Positions 47,461-56,340 of a stretch of 64,000 nucleotides of DNA are shown piece by piece. The notes below the pieces were generated by a model. It worked only from the letters and a program-made list of their open reading frames with translations. It did no database searches and was not told where the DNA came from. Position numbers and translations under genes: made by a program. Each line of letters starts with the position of its first letter. Position 1 is the stretch's first letter. Origin of the DNA: an uncultured Hyphomicrobiales bacterium (GTDB lineage Bacteria > Bacteroidota > Ignavibacteria > Kapaibacteriales > UBA2268); assembly GCA_964509335.1 (NCBI GenBank), contig CAZDXB010000003.1, positions 80,025 to 144,024 on the forward strand. The letters are read 5' to 3'.

Positions 47461-48483
47461 CTATTTGTTGCTACGCGCCCGGATTGTCGAAGAGCTTACC
47501 CTAAATTTTAAATTTCCGAATTCATCGAAATCCGACTCGCTTAACTTTTTCTCAGCGATGAAAGCTATCATTGCGGCGTTGTCCATACAGTAGAGCAAAT
47601 CGGGAGCTATTGTTTTCACGCCGATTTTTTTTGTTTCTGTTCCCATTTGTTTTCTTAGAACAGAGTTGGCGGAGACTCCTCCGGCTATTATCGCGCTTTT
47701 AACGTTATAATCTTTCGCCGCCGAAACTGTTTTGGCGGTTAGCTGATCGACTATAGCCTGCTGCGCCGAAGCGGCGACGTCGTTGAGTTTGCTGTCGGGA
47801 ACGCCTTTAGGGAAGTTGTCGCGCAAAAAATATCTTACGGACGTTTTTAAACCGCTGAAGCTAAAGTTATAATCGCCGCTGTTTATCATAGAACGGGGGA
47901 AACTGTATGCTTTGGGATTGCCTTGGCGGCTTAATTTGTCGATTTTCGGTCCTCCTGGGTATGGCAATTTCAGCAAGCTCGCAATTTTGTCGAAAGCCTC
48001 GCCGGCGGCGTCGTCTAGTGTCGAACCGAGTATTTCGTATTCCGAGAAAGATTTTACGTAAAATAGGCTAGTATGTCCCCCGCTTACGACTAACGCTATG
48101 AACGGGAAATCGAGATTAGGGTCTTGCAAACAGCCGGAATAAAGATGCCCTTCTATGTGATTGACGGGGATAATTGGCAGTCGGTATTTTATAGCCAGTC
48201 CTTTTCCAAAATTAGCTCCTACTATGAGCGAACCGACCAATCCCGGTTGAGAAGTTACCGCTATGGCGCCGATTGATTTAATAGAAACTCCGGCTTCGCT
48301 TAACGCTTGTTTTACGACAGTTGAAATATTCTTTAAATGCGCTCTTGACGCTAATTCTGGCACTACTCCGCCGTACTTGCCGTGTTGCGCTTGCGACGAT
48401 ATTATATTGCTCTTGATTTCCGAGTTCGATAGTATCGCCGCTGAGGTTTCGTCGCAGGATGTTTCTATCGCTAATATGTTCAT
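47461..48483 (-). CDS. tsaD: tRNA N6-adenosine threonylcarbamoyltransferase TsaD
   Basis: 340 aa. MNILAIETSCDETSAAIL N-terminus and Kae1/TsaD metal-binding motifs (HIEGH). Confidence 0.9.
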   Translation of the reverse strand: MNILAIETSCDETSAAILSNSEIKSNIISSQAQHGKYGGVVPELASRAHLKNISTVVKQALSEAGVSIKSIGAIAVTSQPGLVGSLIVGANFGKGLAIKYRLPIIPVNHIEGHLYSGCLQDPNLDFPFIALVVSGGHTSLFYVKSFSEYEILGSTLDDAAGEAFDKIASLLKLPYPGGPKIDKLSRQGNPKAYSFPRSMINSGDYNFSFSGLKTSVRYFLRDNFPKGVPDSKLNDVAASAQQAIVDQLTAKTVSAAKDYNVKSAIIAGGVSANSVLRKQMGTETKKIGVKTIAPDLLYCMDNAAMIAFIAEKKLSESDFDEFGNLKFRVSSSTIRARSNK

Positions 48484-49733
48484 TTCTTTTCTTTTAATCT
48501 TTTTAAAACCATATTCAAAGCCGCTCCTACGGAACGTTCTCTATTCATTGTTCTGTCTTCTCCGAAAACGAACTTTTTCGCCGCTACTTTTTCCGCGTCG
48601 GCGAGAGATATCCAAACTGTTCCGACGGGTTTGTCCGCCGTTCCGCCGGTCGGTCCGGCAATTCCAGTTATTCCGACGCCGTAATCGGTTCCGAATTTTT
48701 CTCTTACGTTAGTCGCTAACTCTTTCGCCGTTTGCTCGCTTACGGCGCCGTTGTCGATTAATGTTTGTTCTTTAACTCCGAGAATCTTGTTCTTAATTTC
48801 GTTGCTGTAAACAATAGCTCCGCCGGCGAAGTAAGTGGAGCTTCCCGAAATTGACGTCAAATCCGCTCCTAAAAGTCCGCCAGTGCAGGACTCGGCTAGG
48901 GCTATTGTTTCTTTTCTATCTTTTAACGTTTCGCCGATTTTGGAAGTAAGGGATTCGTTTTCCGTTCCGTAAATATAATCCCCAACGAGTTCTTTTAGTT
49001 TGCTTTCTATGCTTTTTATTTTTTCCGCTCCCTTGTCGAAATCTTTTTCGACGACGCCGATTCTTATCCTAACGCCTTGATAGGAGGGAAGAAAGGCAAT
49101 GGTCGCGTCGCCGGCAATTCCCTTTGGGTCGCCAATTAAATCCGCCAGCTTTGCCTCGACGATTCCGCTTGTTTTCAGCGTTTTATACATAGCGACTTTT
49201 TCTGCCGATTCGGCGATTTTGTTTTTTAGGACCGGCAAAACGGAATTTGTCATAATATATTTCATTTCCGTTGGAACGCCGGGAAGAGCTACGAAAGTCT
49301 TTCCCGATTCATCGAAAAGCATTCCGGGCGCAGTTCCCACTTTATTGGGGAGGGCTTTGCATTTCGACGGCAGATAAGCTTGCGTTCGGTTTCTTTCGCT
49401 TAGCTCGACGTTCTTTTTGGCGAAGAATTCTTTTAGATAATTCAACGTTCCTTTGTCTAATTCGAGTTTGTCGTTAAAGTATTTAGTTAAAGTAGGTTTA
49501 GTTACGTCGTCGTGGGTCGGTCCCAAGCCGCCGGAAATAATAATGAAGTCGCTTTTCTTTTTCAAGCGCTCGAGTTCGTCAATAAGCTCGTTTTCGTTGT
49601 CGCCTATTGAGGAGTGGGCGACGACGCCCGCTCCCAGTTTTGAGCATTCGTTAGCTATCCAAGCGGCGTTGGAGTTGATTATCTGTCCTATCAAAATTTC
49701 GTCGCCGATTGTTAGTAGCGATATATTATACAT
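48480..49733 (-). CDS. cinA: CinA family protein (competence/damage-inducible protein A; MoCF-like N-domain + PncC-like NMN deamidase C-domain)
   Basis: 417 aa. N-terminal LLTIGDEILIGQIINSNAAWIA. C-terminal CinA domain (ALAESCTGGLLGADLT). 4-nt overlap with the tsaD start. Confidence 0.85.
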   Translation of the reverse strand: MYNISLLTIGDEILIGQIINSNAAWIANECSKLGAGVVAHSSIGDNENELIDELERLKKKSDFIIISGGLGPTHDDVTKPTLTKYFNDKLELDKGTLNYLKEFFAKKNVELSERNRTQAYLPSKCKALPNKVGTAPGMLFDESGKTFVALPGVPTEMKYIMTNSVLPVLKNKIAESAEKVAMYKTLKTSGIVEAKLADLIGDPKGIAGDATIAFLPSYQGVRIRIGVVEKDFDKGAEKIKSIESKLKELVGDYIYGTENESLTSKIGETLKDRKETIALAESCTGGLLGADLTSISGSSTYFAGGAIVYSNEIKNKILGVKEQTLIDNGAVSEQTAKELATNVREKFGTDYGVGITGIAGPTGGTADKPVGTVWISLADAEKVAAKKFVFGEDRTMNRERSVGAALNMVLKRLKEKK

Positions 49734-49760
49734 AACGTTCTCCTTTGTTTACGCTAAAAT

Positions 49761-49795
49761 AAAAAACGGCGAACTAAAAGTTCGCCGCTTTTTAC
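49761..49795 (-). terminator. Rho-independent terminator downstream of rpsA (bidirectional-looking: A-run, hairpin, T-run)
   Basis: AAAAAA CGGCGAACT aaa AGTTCGCCG CTTTTT. 9-bp stem. Confidence 0.6.
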
Positions 49796-49822
49796 TATTT
49801 GTCTTCATTTTACTTGCGCCTT

Positions 49823-52225
49823 TTACTCTTTCGTTTCTTCGTCTTCCTTCTTTTCGTCTTCGTCTTTCGATTTTTCTTCTTTGCTTTCTACCGATTTTTC
49901 TTCGTCTTCTTCTTCTTTTGTTTCTGGCGCTTCGGCGCTATCTTCCGATTCCGCTTTTGCTTCTGTTTCTTCGGTTTGGTCTTTGTCGGTTTTTTCAGCC
50001 TCTTCTTTTGCTTCTTCCGTTTCTTCTTTTTGTTCGGTTTCCGCCTCGGGTTCTTCTTTTTCAGTTGAACCTTCTTCTACGGCTTCCTTTACTTCTTCAG
50101 CTTCCTTTACTACTTCAGCTTCCTTTACTACTTCAGCTTCCTTTACTTCTTCGCTATCCTTTGCTTCTTCGCTATCCTTTGCTTCGGCGCTTTCCTCTTT
50201 CTTTTCTTCTTCCTGTTTGGTTTCTTCAGGCGTTTCTTCTTTTGCTTCCTTGTCCGCTTCTTCTTTCTCCGGTTCTTTCTCTTCGGGTTTTTCGTCTATT
50301 TTTTTAGCTTCGGGTTCACCTTGTTCGGGTTCGGCGGTTTCGGTTTTCGCTGCTTCCTTACCGGCGTAACTGCTGGCGTAATCGGCGGAATCGACTGATT
50401 TATCGAAGCCTTTTATTGGTTGTCCCGCTTGGTATTTGTCCGCGTTTGGAACGGGGTGCTTGCCAACGAACGCGTCGATTTCGGCTTGCTCTTTTTCTCT
50501 CAAGCATTCGACGACAGACAAGACAATTTTCTTGGCTTCTTTGTCGAGTTCGACAACTTTGAGCGGCAATTTATCTCCAATTTCGAAGTAATCGCTGATG
50601 TTTCGCACGGGGGCGAAAGAAAGTTGCGAAATTGGAACGAATCCGTCCACTCCGTCGGGCAATTCAACTATTACGCCTTTTTCGATTATTCTTACTATTG
50701 CGGCTTCCGTTTCAGTGCCGGCTTTATATTTTTCTTCGAAGTAATCCCAAGGATTATCTTGAATTTGCTTGTGTCCGAGAGCGATTCTTCTTTGGTCGGG
50801 GTCGATGCTGAGAACGACAACTTCAATCTGTTCGCCTTTTTTAACGAATTCGCCTGGATGTCGTATCTTCTTCGTCCACGACAAGTCGCTTATATGTACT
50901 AAGCCGTCCACTCCGGGTTCTAATTCTACGAACACGCCGAAATTCGTGATGTTTCTGACGATTCCTTTGTGTTTCGAATCGACCGGATATTTTTTCATCA
51001 AGTCTTGCCATGGGTCAGGTTCTAATTGTTTCATTCCCAGAGCGAGCTTTTTCTCTTCTTTGTCTATGTTTAGCACGACTGCGTCCACAATCTGTCCCAA
51101 AGATACTATTTGCGAAGGATGCTTGACGTGCTGCGTCCAAGACATTTCGCTTATATGGATTAAGCCTTCGATGCCTTTTTCAATTTCGATGAACGCGCCG
51201 TAGTCGGTCAAGCTGACGACTTTGCCGCGCACTTTGGTTCCTTCTTTGTATTTGTCGCCGATTGTGTCCCAAGGATGCGGAGTAAGTTGTTTCATTCCTA
51301 GCGAAATTCGTTTCTTTTCTTTGTCGAAGTCTAATACGACGACTTTTACCGTTTCGTCGAGTTTTACTATTTCGCTCGGATGCGAAACTCTTCCCCAAGA
51401 GAGGTCTGTTATATGAACTAATCCGTCAACTCCGCCTAAATCGACAAAGACGCCGAAATCGGCTATGGCTTTTACTATGCCTTCCAGCACTAAGCCCTTT
51501 TCAAGTTTAGACAAGATTTTGTTTCTTTCTTCGGCAATTTGCTCTTCAAGAAGAGCTTTATGGCTAACGACCACGTTTTCGTTCGGATGGTTAATTTTAA
51601 CGACTTTTACGTCGAGGGTTTCTCCGACCCAACTGTCAAAATCCCTGACCGGGCGAACGTCTATTTGCGAGCCGGGGAGAAAGGCTTCTATTCCTAATAA
51701 ATCCACTACCATACCGCCTTTTATGCGTCTTAGTATTTTTACCGGAACGACTTCGCTTTCCCTGTAAATCTCTTGTATTCTTTCCCAAATTCTCAAGAAG
51801 TCGGCTCTGCGTCTCGAGAGTATTAGCCTTCCTTCTGAATCTTCAATTTTTTCGATAAACACTTCAATCTTTTCGCCAACCTTATAATCTTCCGGATTTA
51901 TTATTTCCGACCTTGGGATAATACCGTATGATTTGAATCCAATATCTACCAGTATTTCGTCTTTTGTTTTATTTACTATTTTGCCTTCAATTAACTCGTC
52001 TTCTTCAATATCCGATATAGTTTTGTCGGCAAGCTCGTCAAAATCGTCTTCGTCCATTTCTAATTGTGGAAAGCCCTCTTCAAGTATAGTTTGAACGCTT
52101 GGATAAGAAGGAGCTTTCGTTTCTTGTTCTTTATCCGCGTCTCGCCGCTCTTCGGCTTCGTTTTCGGAAGTTTCTTGATTCATCATTTCTTCCGCTACGC
52201 TGTTCTCGTTTTCGACCATTAACAA
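49823..52225 (-). CDS. rpsA: 30S ribosomal protein S1 with acidic N-terminal extension and a roughly 210-aa E/K-rich repetitive C-terminal tail
   Basis: 800 aa. Six S1 (OB-fold) repeats between about residues 75 and 590 (GxV..I..fGaFV motifs repeated). N-terminal about 70 aa D/E-rich. The C-terminal tail is E/K/A-rich with perfect peptide repeats (KDSEEA x2, KEAEVV x2). Confidence 0.85.
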   Translation of the reverse strand: MLMVENENSVAEEMMNQETSENEAEERRDADKEQETKAPSYPSVQTILEEGFPQLEMDEDDFDELADKTISDIEEDELIEGKIVNKTKDEILVDIGFKSYGIIPRSEIINPEDYKVGEKIEVFIEKIEDSEGRLILSRRRADFLRIWERIQEIYRESEVVPVKILRRIKGGMVVDLLGIEAFLPGSQIDVRPVRDFDSWVGETLDVKVVKINHPNENVVVSHKALLEEQIAEERNKILSKLEKGLVLEGIVKAIADFGVFVDLGGVDGLVHITDLSWGRVSHPSEIVKLDETVKVVVLDFDKEKKRISLGMKQLTPHPWDTIGDKYKEGTKVRGKVVSLTDYGAFIEIEKGIEGLIHISEMSWTQHVKHPSQIVSLGQIVDAVVLNIDKEEKKLALGMKQLEPDPWQDLMKKYPVDSKHKGIVRNITNFGVFVELEPGVDGLVHISDLSWTKKIRHPGEFVKKGEQIEVVVLSIDPDQRRIALGHKQIQDNPWDYFEEKYKAGTETEAAIVRIIEKGVIVELPDGVDGFVPISQLSFAPVRNISDYFEIGDKLPLKVVELDKEAKKIVLSVVECLREKEQAEIDAFVGKHPVPNADKYQAGQPIKGFDKSVDSADYASSYAGKEAAKTETAEPEQGEPEAKKIDEKPEEKEPEKEEADKEAKEETPEETKQEEEKKEESAEAKDSEEAKDSEEVKEAEVVKEAEVVKEAEEVKEAVEEGSTEKEEPEAETEQKEETEEAKEEAEKTDKDQTEETEAKAESEDSAEAPETKEEEDEEKSVESKEEKSKDEDEKKEDEETKE
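50077..50184. repeat. Perfect 18-bp tandem DNA repeats inside the rpsA tail-coding region
   Basis: CTTCAGCTTCCTTTACTA x3 (50095-50148) followed by CTTCGCTATCCTTTGCTT x2 (50149-50184). They encode KEAEVV / KDSEEA repeats on the minus strand. Confidence 0.7.
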
Positions 52226-52276
52226 TCTCCGTTTTTTAAGTAAATTTGTGATACAATAGTTAATTAATAAAATATT

Positions 52277-52293
52277 CTATACTTGCAGTATAG
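52277..52293. promoter_or_regulatory. Palindrome CTATACT-tgc-AGTATAG in the rpsA 5' leader/promoter region
   Basis: Perfect 7-bp arms, about 50 nt upstream of the rpsA start codon. RBS GGAG precedes the ATG. Confidence 0.3.
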
Positions 52294-52362
52294 AGCTTCG
52301 CAATTTAAGCTAAAGCGATTTATTTTCCAAATTATTTTGAGCGGAAAGTCCTTAAAAGCGAT

Positions 52363-53850
52363 TTATTTGAAAGCGAATTTACCATCTGAAACCGCGGCGA
52401 CTGGTTTGCATTTTGAAAGGTCGTCTTCTAACTTGTTGTTTAGTATAGTAATATCGCATGATTTGCGTTTTGGTTCAAAGATTTTTTTCGGAGTTTGCGA
52501 ATACGCTTCGAGGGCTTCTTCCAAGCTTAATTTTTCTTTGCCCGTCCAAGTAGAGTTTGAGCTGAAAGGTTTTCTATTTACGAAGGCGTCTATTCCCAAG
52601 ACGGGATTGTGGGATTCTATCGGATAATCCGAACCCGCTATTAATTCCGCTCCGGCTTCGAGCAGAGATTTCCAAGGATATGAGTATTCAATTCGGCGTC
52701 CTAATCTGTTTTCGGAAATTGAAGCGGCGTCGCTTATACATTGAATCGGCTGCACTGAAGCGAATATTCTTTGTTTAGAGAAAACGTCCAAGTCGGACGG
52801 ATGAATATGCTGAGCGTGCTCGAGTCTTAAGATTGACGAGGGGTCGGCAATTCTTTCTTCGCGCAGCTTTTCAAATACTTTAAGAGCCATTCTATTGGCG
52901 GCGTCTCCGATAGCGTGAACCGCTACTTGCAATCCTCGCTCCAAAGCGATTTTTGATTTTTCGAACAATTCTTTTTCGTTAATTAAGAATATTCCTTTCT
53001 CCTTCGGGGAGTCTTCGTAAGGTTCAAGTAGAGCCGCGCTGCGAGAGCCTAACGAGCCGTCCGCGTATAGCTTAATTCCTTTGACGTGGAATTTGTCGCC
53101 GTTGTGTTCAATAGTTTCGTTTTTGAGCCATTCGTTTTTATGTCCGTTGACGTAAGCGGTAACGGTTAATGGTAATTGATTGGCTTTGTCCAGCTCTTTG
53201 AAAATAGCGATTTGCTCACAAGGCAAGTCCATATCGCAAGTCGCGGTTAAGCCAAAATGAGCTAAGTTTTTTAGAGCGGATTTGATATAATTTTTAATTT
53301 TATCTTCGGAAGGTTTTGGAATCTTATCTTTAACTAAGTTTATAGCGTTGTCTCTAAGAATGCCGTTAGGTTTTCCCGATTTGGTTTTTCGGATTTCACC
53401 GCCGTTTGGATTTATAGTATGTTCGCTGATTCGAGCAAGTTCAAGAGCTTTTGAATTCACCCAAGCGGCGTGTCCGTCAATTCGTAAAAGAAATACGGGA
53501 ATGTCGAGGAATTCGGCGTCTAAGATTTCTTTCGCCGGGAAATTTTTGTCTTTCCAAGACTCTTGATTCCAGCCCTTTCCTATAATAAACTTATCCGGCG
53601 CGCTTTTCGATTTTTTCAGAATTTCAACGCAATCCTCGGGGCTTTTGGCTCTGGATAAGTCGGGAACTATTAGAGATTCTCCGAGAGCCGCTATATGTCC
53701 GTGGCTGTCGATTAATCCGGGATACGCCCAACAACTGTCGAAACGGCTTAGTTCTCCGTCGATTTCTACTTTAACGAATCCGGGCTCTTTTTTTTGAGAG
53801 ACGATTTCGCCGTTTCTAATGACTATTTTGCCTTGGAATCCTTTTTTCAT
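52363..53850 (-). CDS. Amidohydrolase family 3 metal-dependent hydrolase (YtcJ-like)
   Basis: 495 aa. HxH metal motif (DSHGHI). TIM-barrel amidohydrolase blocks (HAIGD, AGSDYP). Confidence 0.75.
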   Translation of the reverse strand: MKKGFQGKIVIRNGEIVSQKKEPGFVKVEIDGELSRFDSCWAYPGLIDSHGHIAALGESLIVPDLSRAKSPEDCVEILKKSKSAPDKFIIGKGWNQESWKDKNFPAKEILDAEFLDIPVFLLRIDGHAAWVNSKALELARISEHTINPNGGEIRKTKSGKPNGILRDNAINLVKDKIPKPSEDKIKNYIKSALKNLAHFGLTATCDMDLPCEQIAIFKELDKANQLPLTVTAYVNGHKNEWLKNETIEHNGDKFHVKGIKLYADGSLGSRSAALLEPYEDSPKEKGIFLINEKELFEKSKIALERGLQVAVHAIGDAANRMALKVFEKLREERIADPSSILRLEHAQHIHPSDLDVFSKQRIFASVQPIQCISDAASISENRLGRRIEYSYPWKSLLEAGAELIAGSDYPIESHNPVLGIDAFVNRKPFSSNSTWTGKEKLSLEEALEAYSQTPKKIFEPKRKSCDITILNNKLEDDLSKCKPVAAVSDGKFAFK

Positions 53851-53852
53851 AA

Positions 53853-53885
53853 TAAAAAAGCCGACGCGATAACGTCGGCTTTATT
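53853..53885 (-). terminator. Rho-independent terminator downstream of ferredoxin 1
   Basis: AAAAAA GCCGACG cgataa CGTCGGC TTTATT. Read on the minus strand the hairpin is followed by TTTTTTATTA. Confidence 0.65.
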
Positions 53886-53921
53886 GCTTTATCGTAATTG
53901 TTATATGCTATAAACAGCTCG

Positions 53922-54119
53922 CTAGTCCTCTACTGGCAGTACGCAATCCTCAATCGGGCATACTTCAACGCATTGCGGTTCGTCGTGGTAGCCTTCGCAG
54001 TCAACGCATTTGTCGGGGTCGATTTCATATATTTCGTCTCCCTCGTAAATCGCTTCTACGGGGCATTCCGGTTCGCAAGCCGCGCAATTAATACATTCGT
54101 CCGTTATGTAATGAGCCAT
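53922..54119 (-). CDS. Small 2[4Fe-4S]-type ferredoxin (copy 1)
   Basis: 65 aa. CINCAACEPECP (CxxCxxCxxxCP) plus second motif CVDCEGYHDEPQCVEVCP (CxxCx8CxxxCP). Acidic C-terminus. RBS GGAGG. Confidence 0.85.
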   Translation of the reverse strand: MAHYITDECINCAACEPECPVEAIYEGDEIYEIDPDKCVDCEGYHDEPQCVEVCPIEDCVLPVED

Positions 54120-54213
54120 AACCCAGCCTCCATCAATAAGTTAATAAACCGTAAACTGTATTATTTATTTAAACTACAGCCAAAATATTGGCTATAAATT
54201 GGAAAAGCTATTA

Positions 54214-54408
54214 TTAGTCGGTTTTTTCTATGCATTCCGGCACCGGACAGACTTCTATACATTGAGGCTCGTCGAAGTGTCCTTCGCATTCGACGCAAGT
54301 TTCTTGGTCGATTTGGTAATATTCTTCTCCCTCGTAAATCGCTTCCGTCGGGCATTCCGGTTCGCAAGCCGCGCAATTGATGCATTCCTCGTTTATTTGA
54401 TAAGCCAT
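54214..54408 (-). CDS. Small 2[4Fe-4S]-type ferredoxin (copy 2, tandem paralog)
   Basis: 64 aa. About 70% identical to copy 1 (estimated by eye). Same Cys pattern (CINCAACEPECP ... CVECEGHFDEPQCIEVCP). Own RBS GGAGG. Confidence 0.85.
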   Translation of the reverse strand: MAYQINEECINCAACEPECPTEAIYEGEEYYQIDQETCVECEGHFDEPQCIEVCPVPECIEKTD

Positions 54409-54480
54409 AAATTAGCCTCCGTCTTATTAAGATATAAAACCAAATATTTAATTTATGCAAGGCAAAATTAAAAAATAATT

Positions 54481-55335
54481 TTAACTAATAAAATTAATTT
54501 TGTCTATTTTTTTGTTAAATTTTTTGTTCCAGTTAATTTCGGGAGCCAAGTATTCAGAGTCCATATGAGTGGCTAAGGACGGAACCGGCGCCCATAGGTT
54601 TTGCTTTTTGCCTAAGAGTATCTGTTTATTGTTGTGAGACCAAGCTTTTAGGAGGAATTTGAAGTTTTGTCGGTCTGAGAAAAGATATTTGAACAAGAGA
54701 GCCGGATTGCTTACTTTATGTTTGGTCAAACTCATCCAAAGGCTCGCGTCGTCGTTTTTCTTGGCGTATGTCTTGAAAACGGCGTAGTTATTTTCCAGCG
54801 CTTGTTTTGTTGTCATAAAAGTCATTGTCGTCGTTGCGACTGTGCGCCATAAAATCTCTTCGGCGGTGATTTTTTCGGATTTGAAGCTCTTGTGAAAATC
54901 GGCGGCATAATAATCTGAGTGGTCGTAGGGGGTAACGAAATCAACGTTGCTGAAGCTTCTTATCAAAGCGAGCATATTAGACAAAGCGTCTTTTAAGTAA
55001 AAGTAATCGTCTTCGGCGAAGTAAACTATGTCCGAAACGTTTTGTTTTGTCAGAACTTCTAGCTGCTTTTTAAAGGTCTTCTGATTTCCTATTCCCGACG
55101 TTTTTACAAATTCCAAATCTTCGGAGTCGAAGTATTTAGCGAAGAGTTTTTCGTATATAGGCGGGCAGGCGTCGAGCAGAGCCCATACTTTGACCTTGAG
55201 ATTTTTTGCCGCGTCCTTGAGAGAACTCAAGCACAATTCCGCCAATTTGATTTTGTCGTCGGCGAAAATAGGGGGGACTTTGGAAACCCCCGGGTATATC
55301 CTGTAACAAACCGCTATGTCGTATTTTCTATCCAC
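54481..55335 (-). CDS. Hypothetical protein, possibly a GT-A-fold nucleotide-sugar transferase (DxD-like EDD motif)
   Basis: 284 aa. YFAEDDYFY acidic motif reminiscent of a DxD. No other recognisable signature. Its stop codon overlaps the start of the upstream GT2 gene. Confidence 0.35.
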   Translation of the reverse strand: MDRKYDIAVCYRIYPGVSKVPPIFADDKIKLAELCLSSLKDAAKNLKVKVWALLDACPPIYEKLFAKYFDSEDLEFVKTSGIGNQKTFKKQLEVLTKQNVSDIVYFAEDDYFYLKDALSNMLALIRSFSNVDFVTPYDHSDYYAADFHKSFKSEKITAEEILWRTVATTTMTFMTTKQALENNYAVFKTYAKKNDDASLWMSLTKHKVSNPALLFKYLFSDRQNFKFLLKAWSHNNKQILLGKKQNLWAPVPSLATHMDSEYLAPEINWNKKFNKKIDKINFIS

Positions 55336-56297
55336 TAACTTTCTTTTATAAATTCGTTGAATTCATCGAGCCAAAAATTAAAAAACATTTTGTGAATTTC
55401 CGCCTTTCGCTTGGCTTTTTTTCTCTTCGTTCCAGCGGTTAATAGTTGTATAATTCGCCATAGGACTAAAGAATTCGCCGAGCTGAAGATTTCGCAGAGT
55501 ATATAGAATTTTCCTTCCTGAAAGCCCAATCTCTTTTTGCAGAATAGAACTTTGCTCGAAACTAATGCTTTGACGTTCTTTGCGTTCAATCTGTCTTCCG
55601 CAGAACTGCCGCCGCGATGATGTATAATTTGAGCGCTCGGCAGAAAAATCGCTTTGTATCCGTTTCGCTTTATTTTATAGCAGAAATCGGATTCCTCTGT
55701 GTAAAAAAAATAGTCTTCGTCGTATCCTTTTACTTGTTCGAAAGCTCGTTTATTAATGGCGTGTAAAGCGCCGTCTATGTATCCGACTTCTTTTACCCCA
55801 TTCGTTTTATTACTCGGTTTCCAAGTAAATTTCTTGATTGAATCTTGGATTTTGGAAATAAAGAATAGATTCTTTAAGCCTAATTTTATTCCCGGCAAAT
55901 CGCCGTAACTCCTTTGCCAAGAGCCGTCGGGGTAAACCTGCTGAACCCCGACGACGCCGACGTCGGAACTGTTTTCTAAGTATTTCTTTATCGCCGTTAA
56001 AGTTCCCTTTCGGAACTCAATGTCGGCGTTGCATACTATTACGTAAGGCGCGTCGGAGTTTTCGACTCCGATATTTACGGCTTTAGCGTAGCCCAAATTT
56101 TTATCGTTTTCAATAACTTCGACTTCTGGGAATTTCTCTTTTACGGCGTTTGCCGAATCGTCTTCCGAAGCGTTATCGACCAGAATTATCGATACGGGTA
56201 TATTGCCTTTAGTTTCATAGATTGAATTAATGCATCGCAGGTTGAATGCCCGCGAGTTGTATGAGATTATCGCTATATCTATCTTTGTTGCGTTCAA
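55335..56297 (-). CDS. Glycosyltransferase family 2
   Basis: 320 aa. N-terminal IDIAIISYNSRAFNLRCINSI ... VDNASEDDS and DxD (CNADIEF) GT2-A fold motifs. Confidence 0.8.
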   Translation of the reverse strand: MNATKIDIAIISYNSRAFNLRCINSIYETKGNIPVSIILVDNASEDDSANAVKEKFPEVEVIENDKNLGYAKAVNIGVENSDAPYVIVCNADIEFRKGTLTAIKKYLENSSDVGVVGVQQVYPDGSWQRSYGDLPGIKLGLKNLFFISKIQDSIKKFTWKPSNKTNGVKEVGYIDGALHAINKRAFEQVKGYDEDYFFYTEESDFCYKIKRNGYKAIFLPSAQIIHHRGGSSAEDRLNAKNVKALVSSKVLFCKKRLGFQEGKFYILCEIFSSANSLVLWRIIQLLTAGTKRKKAKRKAEIHKMFFNFWLDEFNEFIKES

Positions 56298-56340
56298 TTC
56301 TTATTTTTTTGACGCGCCAATCAGTTGAGCGCGGCGAACT

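Noticed and set aside
50077-50184. Checked whether the short tandem DNA repeats are a CRISPR array
   Set aside because: The 18-bp units are directly adjacent with no spacers, lie inside the rpsA reading frame, and encode the KEAEVV/KDSEEA peptide repeats. No cas genes. Not CRISPR.
49453-50369. Cluster of long ORFs on the plus strand (284 aa, 162 aa, 89 aa) rich in L/F/S and overlapping the cinA start and rpsA tail
   Set aside because: They are antisense or out-of-frame readings of the E/K-rich low-complexity repeat region of rpsA (GAA/AAG-rich DNA gives TTC/CTT-rich ORFs on the other strand). The minus-strand frame encodes a coherent S1 protein with six S1 domains.
54120-54213. Hairpin AGCCAA-aata-TTGGCT between the two ferredoxin genes, considered as a terminator for ferredoxin copy 2
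   Set aside because: The stem is only 6 bp, A/T-rich, with no clear U-tract. It is more likely part of the ferredoxin-1 promoter region. Left uncalled.
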